Source: Octopus sinensis (Eukaryota). Taken from it: a DNA stretch of 5,788 bases. The DNA lies in NCBI RefSeq assembly GCF_006345805.1, contig NW_021829487.1, positions 1 to 5,788 on the forward strand, given 5' to 3'. A program made the translations under genes and the position numbers. Shown here in pieces: positions 1-5,788 of this stretch; positions within the stretch are counted from its first letter, which is position 1; each line of letters opens with the position of its first letter. The notes beneath the pieces were generated by a model. It did no database searches, was not told the DNA's origin, and was given only the letters and a program-made list of their open reading frames with translations.

Positions 1-348
1 TTGGACAAAACTGCTTGACCAGACAATATGACACGATTTTGATATCAACAGCTAACGAATGATAAAATTTCTATTGCTGAAGAATTTAACAAGCAAGAAT
101 GGGAAATTTCCTCTGGAAGCATCGATTCCTACACTGGATAACATGCATCACTTTTGTAATAGATATCTGAGGAAGCCGTCGGTGCGAAAATGCCAAACAA
201 CATTCTGACCTGCAGAACACACAATTCCTTTCATATTGTTACACGTAAAATCTCATTCAATATCAAAGGAGAAACAGCCTCAAGTATCGTGTAGAGTGGT
301 TTGTCCACGCAAACACTAAGATAAATTATATGCGTCAGTAAAGTTTCA

Positions 349-507
349 AGCATAGTCGTGTGGTTAAGAAGTTCGCTTTGAAACTACGTGGTTTTGAGTT
401 CAGGTCTAGTTGGCGGCACCTTGGGAAAGTGTCTTCTGCTATAGCCCCAGATCGGCTAATAACTTGTGAGTATATTTGGTAGAGAAATACTGTGTTGAAA
501 ACCGTCT
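349..507 (+). mobile_element. SINE family A (tRNA-derived, octopus-type), 5' half of a diverged copy that is split by an insertion
   Basis: Aligns by eye to 5361-5524: GTGTGGTTAAGAAG head, degenerate B-box GAGTTCAGGTC, GGCACCTTGGGAAAGTGTCTTCTGCTATAGCC, TTGTGAGTATATTTGGTAGA. The 3' half resumes at ~1123. Confidence 0.85.
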
Positions 508-545
508 TATATACATACACACACACACATATATATATATATATA

Positions 546-583
<38 letters not shown>
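508..583. repeat. (TA)n/(CA)n microsatellite, internal microsatellite of SINE A
   Basis: Direct reading. Occupies the same position as the TA/TG tracts inside the other two SINE-A copies. Confidence 0.95.
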
Positions 584-589
<6 letters not shown>

Positions 590-1052
590 CGAGTTTTTTT
601 TTTAGAAATTTCACTACCAGTGGCCTAGCATGTATAAAAAGTCAATAGACAACATATTTTCAATATAAAATAGTGTACATTTCAACACAAGAGAAACTGC
701 CTTCATTAGGCAGCTTTACACGCTAGAAGTTGTCAAAACGACCAAAACCACATTTAAGAACAATTTTGAAGGGAATGAAAGACAAAAACTTTTACCTTGT
801 TATTTTATTACGGTCATACCCAGATTTCAAATCTTTTTAGAAAATAACATATTTCTAGGCTAAATTCTCATCAGTGACCGCACCACAACACTAAAATGTA
901 ATTAAGAGACAAATACCACGTCTCATCGTTATACATTATAATTTTTCAAATTCACCGCGCAAGTATAAGGAAAGGAAAAATTGTAGGTGTAGACGATCTT
1001 TAATTTATAATCCAGGTTGGTACAGATCCAATATAAATTCTATCTATCTTCC
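584..1052 (-). mobile_element. Hammerhead-bearing inserted element, putative Penelope-like element pseudo-LTR or non-autonomous derivative
   Basis: Complex non-SINE sequence between the two halves of one SINE-A copy, bounded by (TA)n on the left and (TAGA)n on the right, and containing a hammerhead fold on the minus strand. No clear TIRs or long ORF. The PLE assignment is inference. Confidence 0.6.
809..882 (-). ncRNA. Type I hammerhead ribozyme (minimal stem III, predicted GUA cleavage between 817 and 816)
   Basis: Minus strand reads: stem I UGCGGUCA (882-875) / UGACCGUA (816-809), 8 bp; core CUGAUGA (874-868); stem II GAAUUU (867-862) / AGAUUU (834-829), extended by UAGAAA (857-852) / UUUCUA (843-838); GAAA (828-825); stem III A-U, U.G, C-G; UH = UA (818-817). 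Confidence 0.85.

Positions 1053-1120
<68 letters not shown>
1053..1120. repeat. (TAGA)17 microsatellite
   Basis: Perfect 68-bp tetranucleotide array. Confidence 0.97.
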
Positions 1121-1121
<1 letters not shown>

Positions 1122-1122
1122 C

Positions 1123-1340
1123 TCTGTGTGGGCATTTGTGTCTGTGTTTGTCACCCTCCCTCTTGACATCCGATGCTGGTTTGTTTAAGAGTAGCGACAG
1201 AAAGATCAATCTAGTAAGTAGTACCGGACTTTAAATTAAAAAAAAATAAGTGCTGGGGATCGATTTGTATGACTAAACCCTCCAAAGGAGTGCCCCAGCA
1301 TGGCCGCTGTCCAATGACTGAGACAAGTAAAAGAGAAAAG
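1123..1340 (+). mobile_element. SINE family A, 3' half of the copy starting at ~349
   Basis: TGTGTCTGTGTTTGTC...TTGACATCCGATGCTGGT...CTGGGGATCGATTTG...CCAGCATGGCCGCTGTCCAATGACTGAGACAAGTAAAAGAG matches 5626-5788 and the reverse complement of 1638-1810. Confidence 0.85.
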
Positions 1341-1550
1341 GACTACTACATGAAAGGCAAAAAATAGCGAAAAAGAAAGATGACCTTAAAATATTGTGGA
1401 CTCCTTGTTGGCACGGAAATGAGATAACGCGCAGTATTTCTGGCTGAGACATAATGATAACATTTATAGTCCCTGGGGCTTATATGTCATCACAGGGAAG
1501 AAAACTTGCGACTAAAAATTGTTTGTTATTCTTGTAACAATGATATCTAA

Positions 1551-1637
1551 ATAATGTTTCTACTATTGACACAAGGCCTGGAATTTTTTTCTCGGAACAA
1601 GTCGTAACTGGTGCTTAATTTATCAACCCCTGAAGGG
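1551..1637 (-). mobile_element. SINE family B, old 5'-truncated remnant
   Basis: TTTCTACTATTGACACAAGGCCTGGAATTT...ACTGGTGCTTAATTTATCAACCCC matches 3305-3405 with an internal deletion. The head is absent. Confidence 0.7.
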
Positions 1638-2003
1638 TTACTCTTTACTCTTTTACTCTTTTTCTTGTTTCAGTCATTTGACTGCGGCCATGCTGGAGCA
1701 CCACCTTTTAGTACTTATTCTATCGGTCTCTTTTTGCCGAACAGCTAAGTGACTGGGACGCAAACACACCAGCATCGGTTGTCAAGCAATGCTAGGGGGA
1801 CAAACACAGACACACACACATATACATATATATACATATATACGACAGGCTTCTTTCAGTTTTCGTCTACCAAATCCACTCACAAGGTATTGGTCGGCCC
1901 GGGGCTATAGCAGAAAACACTTGCCCAAGATGCCACGCAGTGGGACTGAACCCGCAACCGTGTGGTTGGTTAGCAAGCTACTTACCACACAGCCACTCCT
2001 GCG
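1638..2003 (-). mobile_element. SINE family A, near full-length copy with 40-bp internal deletion
   Basis: Reverse complement begins CGCAGGAGTGGCTGTGTGGTAAG (A-box-like), has B-box GGTTCAGTCCC (1952-1942), CTTGGGCAAGTGT (reminiscent of the CORE-SINE motif), an internal TA/CA tract (~1803-1842) and an (AAGAGTA)-type tail. GGTTA at 1636-1640 and 2003-2007 is a possible short TSD. Confidence 0.92.
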
Positions 2004-2016
2004 GTTATATCAACTT

Positions 2017-2234
2017 AATATAATAATTCCTTTTATTATAGGCACAAGGCCTGAAATTTTGGGTGCAGGGGGCTAGGTCGATTACGTGGATCCCTAGTAT
2101 TCAACTGGTGATTATGTTATCGAACCCGAAAGAAAAAGTTGACCTTGGCGGCTTTCGAACTCATAATGCAAAGGCGGACGAAATGCCGCTGAGCATTTTG
2201 CCCGGCGTGCTAACGACTCTGCCAGCTCGCCGCT
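2017..2234 (-). mobile_element. SINE family B copy (tail type ...GGCCTTGTGCCTATAATAAAAGGAATT)
   Basis: Minus-strand head GCGGCGAGCTGGCAGAGTCGTTAGC, B-box-like GAGTTCGAAAGCC; collinear with 2272-2483 and 3305-3517. Confidence 0.9.
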
Positions 2235-2483
2235 TTAATAACAATAATAATAATATTGATAATAATAATAATGGTTTCAAACTTTGCTACAAGGGCAGCC
2301 ATTTTGGGGAAGGGGAAAGTCGATCACCTCGACCCCAGTGTTTCACTGGTACTTAATTTATCGACCCCGAAAGGATGAAAGGCAAAGTCGACTTCGGCGG
2401 AATTTGAACTCAGAACTTAGCAACAGGCGAAATACCGCTAAGTATTTCGTCCAGCCAGCTAACGATTCTGCCAGCTCGCCGCC
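2235..2483 (-). mobile_element. SINE family B copy (alternative 3' end ...CCCTTGTAGCAAAGTTTGAAACC) with (ATT)n tail
   Basis: Head GGCGGCGAGCTGGCAGAATCGTTAGC, B-box-like GAGTTCAAATTCC (2411-2399), central GTCGACTTTGCCTTTCATCCTTTCGGGGTCGATAAATTAAGTACC, tail 2236-2271. Confidence 0.93.
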
Positions 2484-2484
2484 T

Positions 2485-2498
2485 TAATAATAATGATG

Positions 2499-2555
<57 letters not shown>

Positions 2556-2589
2556 TAATAATAATAATAATAATAATAACAACAACAAC
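2485..2589. repeat. (AAT)n microsatellite ending in (AAC)4
   Basis: Direct reading. Forms the left flank of the LINE fragment. Confidence 0.96.
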
Positions 2590-2826
2590 GTGTCTCTAAA
2601 AGAAATGGAGAAACTCTCAAAATACAAAGACCTGGAAATAGAGGTAACTAGAATGTGGAATCTGAAAACAGAAACAATTCCTATCATAGTAGGTGCATTA
2701 GGCATGATAAAAAATATTCAGACAATACATAACAAAAACACCAGGACTTACAAACACATATAACATACGAAAATTGCACTACTAGGCACTGCACACATCC
2801 TACGCAGAACACTTTCCATACAATAA
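2590..2826 (+). pseudogene. Disrupted C-terminal RLE-domain fragment of the LINE ORF
   Basis: Frame +1 reads VSLKEMEKLSKYKDLEIEVTRMWNLKTETIPIIVGALGMIK (2590-2712). Frame +2 reads YITKTPGLTNTYNI (2726-2767). Frame +1 again reads KIALLGTAHILRRTLSIQ* (2770-2826), with an in-frame TAA at 2761. This is consistent with three single-base deletions. Confidence 0.8.
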
Positions 2827-2921
2827 CATCAGAGCATCACACAAATCACAGCACATACCCAAGGCACACCGAGCTGCGCTCGGTAGTGAAGAGAAAGCAC
2901 GCTATAAAAATAAAACTACTG
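2590..2921 (+). mobile_element. 5'-truncated non-LTR retrotransposon 3' end, R4/Dong-like (restriction-like endonuclease clade)
   Basis: Encodes an RLE-type C-terminus (K..KY..L, W, PIIVGALG, LLGTAHILRR), followed by a ~95-nt 3' UTR with a hairpin and AATAAA (2909-2914), running directly into (AAT)n. Confidence 0.82.
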
Positions 2922-2943
2922 AATAATAATAATAATAATAATA

Positions 2944-2981
<38 letters not shown>

Positions 2982-3273
2982 TAATTATAATTATATTATA
3001 ATAATAATAATAATAATAATAGTATAGTAGTAATAGCAATAATAATAATAATAATAATAATAAAATAATAATATAGTAATATAATAATAATAATATAATA
3101 ATAATAATAATAATAACAGTAATAATAATAATAATATAATTATAATAATAATAATAATAATAATAATTAATAATATTAGAATAATATAATAATAATATAA
3201 TAAAATAATAATAATAGTAAATAATAATGATGATGATGATGATTATAATCTAATAATAATAATAATAATAATA

Positions 3274-3306
<33 letters not shown>
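2922..3306. repeat. Long degenerate (AAT)n microsatellite
   Basis: About 385 bp of AAT with AGT/GAT/ATAT interruptions. It is both the LINE 3' flank and the tail of the SINE-B copy to its right. Confidence 0.96.
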
Positions 3307-3517
3307 CCTTTCTACTATAGGCACAAGGCCCGAAATTTGGAGGGAAGGGGATAGTCGATTTCATCAATCCCAGTGCTTCAGTGGTTCTTAATTTATCGAC
3401 CCCGAAAGGATGAAAGGCAAAGTCGACCTCGGCGGTATATGAACTCAGAATGTAAAGGCGGACGAAATGCCGCTAAGTATTTTGTCCGGCGTGCCAACGA
3501 CTCTGCCAGCATGCCGC
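3305..3517 (-). mobile_element. SINE family B copy
   Basis: ATCCTTTCTACTATAGGCACAAGGCCCGAAATTT...ATCGACCCCGAAAGGATGAAAGGCAAAGTCGACCTCGGCGG...CTCTGCCAGCATGCCGC; collinear with 2017-2234. Confidence 0.92.
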
Positions 3518-3634
3518 AGTTTAAAATATCTAAATAAGAAAGAGTAATATTAGTAATGTGCGATTCCTCTTGTTGCAGATAACAAAACTGATATCTTACA
3601 GACACGAAGCTGTACATATGGAAAAATCCATGTC

Positions 3635-3827
3635 ATCGATCTAACTGTAAGAAATAGCCGTTAATTTTGCTTCAAACTACTTGCTTTTAAACAAGAAAAA
3701 CACGTTTTAAAATGTAGACCAAGATGCCTTATGTCTCATAAAAACTGAATTATAAAACAGCGTCCTAGCGGAATTGGAACGTCTTTGATCATTACGTCAA
3801 GTCGATTAGGGGTGACCTGGGGCTAAA
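3635..3827 (+). mobile_element. Possible highly diverged 3' part of another octopus interspersed repeat
   Basis: Motifs CTAACTGTAAGAAATAGC (3641-3658) and CTTTGATCAT...TGACCTGGGGCTAAA (3783-3827) resemble a repeat I recall from octopus DNA. There is no second copy in the window to confirm it. Confidence 0.35.
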
Positions 3828-3861
3828 TTAGAGCTCCAGCAACAGAGGTGTTTCTAATTGC

Positions 3862-4371
3862 ATATATATATATATATGTGTGTGTATGTGTGTTTGTGTG
3901 TGTGCGTGTGTGTGTGTTTATATATACACACATACATATATATATATATATGGTATGTATTACATGTATGTATGTATGCATGTGTGTGTATGTATGTACG
4001 CATGTATATCTGTGTATGTATGTGTGTATGCATGTATATATGTATATATATGTATATATATATATATGTGTGTGTATGTATACACGTAGGTATTATGTAT
4101 GTGTGTGTATGTATGTACGCATGTATATCTGTGTATGTATATATATATGTATATATATATATGTGTGTATGTATTCACGTAGGTATTATGTATGTGTGGG
4201 TATGTATGTACGCATGTATATCTGTGTATGTATGTATGTATATATGTATATATATATATATATATGTGTGTGTATGTATACATGTAGGTATTATGTATGT
4301 GTGTATGTATGCATGCATATGTATGTGTGTATGCATATATATATATTAATATATATATATATATATATATA
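3862..4371. repeat. Compound TA/TG/TATG microsatellite with three higher-order units
   Basis: Markers ACGCATGTATATCTG at 3998, 4117, 4210 and CA(C/T)GTAGGTATTATG at 4083, 4176, 4281. Confidence 0.95.
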
Positions 4372-4387
4372 CTCGCTCACAATCAGT

Positions 4388-4501
<114 letters not shown>

Positions 4502-4645
4502 TTGAATTTCTACTTGCTTTTAATTTTTTTTCACAGATTTCCTTGTTTTTACTTTTTTCAAAAGATTTCATGGTATTCGCTTGAAGCAAATTTCGAATGA
4601 GGGAGAGACTTAATAAATAAGATGAAATGTTGATGAAGTGTGCTT

Positions 4646-4759
<114 letters not shown>

Positions 4760-4861
4760 CAGAAAGAGAGAGCGAAGAGGGAGATAGAGGGAAGGCGAAG
4801 GAGAATGAGAAGCAAAATTAAATTAGAGGTGATAAATAAAATAGACAGTCAGCGGCTATAA

Positions 4862-5144
4862 CGAACACGACGACGCACAGACAAACGCAGATATGTATAT
4901 GCTGCACATACATGCACAGACATTGTCGCATATACAAACACATGCATTTATGCGCATATACACAAATGAACAGACGTACGCACGCATGCGCATAAATGCA
5001 GTGACTTCCACAGAAACTGACTTGCGAATGCATAAACACATGTACACACACCAGACACATATACACCAGACATACACGCACACACATATATATACACATA
5101 TATACACACATATATGCACATACACACACATACACACACACACA
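4862..5144. repeat. Decayed CA/TA-rich low-complexity tract
   Basis: Alternating purine-pyrimidine, CACA/CATA-rich sequence ending in a (CA)n run. Confidence 0.8.
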
Positions 5145-5360
5145 GCTAATTACCGTTTAGTTAATTGCTCCGATAAGTACTTTATCTTACCAACAACGTG
5201 TATAATTCAGAATTGAGATAGTGTTATTTTCATTGGTTTGTGAATCCTTGAGACTATTTTCTTAATTTCCGAACCCATAATGTTAATGCTTTCAGTTTGG
5301 ACCCCATAGCATTATTTTCTTTCCCTTGGAGGACCATAACTTCATTTTCTTCTTTTTCAG

Positions 5361-5571
5361 AGGCGTAGGAGTGGCTGTGTGGTACGTAGCTTGCTTACCA
5401 GCCATATGGTTCCGGGTTCATTCTCACTGCGTGGCACCTTCGGCAAGTGTCTTCTACTATAGCCTTGGGCCGACTAAAGTCTTGTGAGTGGATTTGGTAG
5501 ACGGAAACTGAAAAAAGCCTGTCGTATATATGTATATATATATAGTGTGTGGTGTGTGTGTGTGTGTGTTG

Positions 5572-5607
<36 letters not shown>

Positions 5608-5788
5608 TGTATGTATGTGTGTTTTTGTGTCTGTGTTTGTCCTCCCAGCATCGCTTGACAACCGATGGTGGTGTGTTTACGTCTCCGTAACTTATCGGTT
5701 CGGCAAAAGAGACCGATAGAAAAAGTACTAGGCTTACAAAGAGTAAGTCCTGGGGTAGATTTGCTCGACTAAAGGCGGTGCTCCTGCA
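5361..5788 (+). mobile_element. SINE family A, well-preserved copy running off the window end
   Basis: Head AGGCGTAGGAGTGGCTGTGTGGT, B-box-like GGTTCATTCT (5415-5424), internal TA/TG/TATG tract (~5525-5625), 3' part to GGCGGTGCTCC; collinear with 1638-2003 (minus). Confidence 0.93.

Noticed and set aside
77-110. CTGAAGA...GAAA as a hammerhead core
   Set aside because: No stem II pairing between the two core segments.
43-141. Peptide NDKISIAEEFNKQ, reminiscent of a LINE ORF2 linker
   Set aside because: Only 32 codons between stops, with no further LINE motifs in any frame.
697-713. CTGCCT/AGGCAG hairpin and GAGAC/GTCTC (906-924) as Helitron/Helentron signatures
   Set aside because: Short stems far from the element ends, and no CTRR terminus or subterminal inverted repeats seen.
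1000-1052. RIYIGS on the minus strand, resembling the YIG half of a GIY-YIG endonuclease
   Set aside because: No upstream GIY motif, a stop follows within 10 codons, and the spacing to a downstream Arg does not fit; too short to support.
1940-2003. tRNA-like A/B boxes as possible tRNA genes (also 2399-2483 and 5361-5425)
   Set aside because: No cloverleaf or acceptor stem; they continue into SINE bodies.
1789-2487. ORFs of 95, 97 and 67 aa
   Set aside because: They lie within tRNA-derived SINE copies and cross element boundaries. Similar peptides recur at 335-526 and 5395-5690 only because the SINEs recur.
2484-2705. 73-aa minus-strand ORF
   Set aside because: Antisense to the LINE fragment and half poly-L/Y from (ATT)n; the meaningful frame is on the plus strand.
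4515-4580. Acceptor-like TTTTTTTTCACAG with downstream ATG/GTATTC
   Set aside because: Weak donor, T-rich low-complexity content and no coding signal.

Overview
AT-rich, repeat-saturated eukaryotic non-coding DNA. The SINE families and microsatellite style look like octopus (Octopodidae), which is recognised from memory and not searched. No intact protein-coding gene is supported: the supplied ORFs are translations of microsatellites and SINEs. The window holds two tRNA-derived SINE families, called A (3 copies) and B (3 near-complete copies plus 1 remnant), many microsatellites, and a 5'-truncated, frameshifted 3' end of an R4/Dong-type non-LTR retrotransposon embedded in (AAT)n. The standout is a ~470-bp element (584-1052) inserted into the internal microsatellite of a SINE-A copy. 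On the minus strand it carries a complete type I hammerhead ribozyme fold (809-882) with a minimal, self-complementary stem III. This is the architecture described for dimer-cleaving hammerheads of Penelope-like elements.
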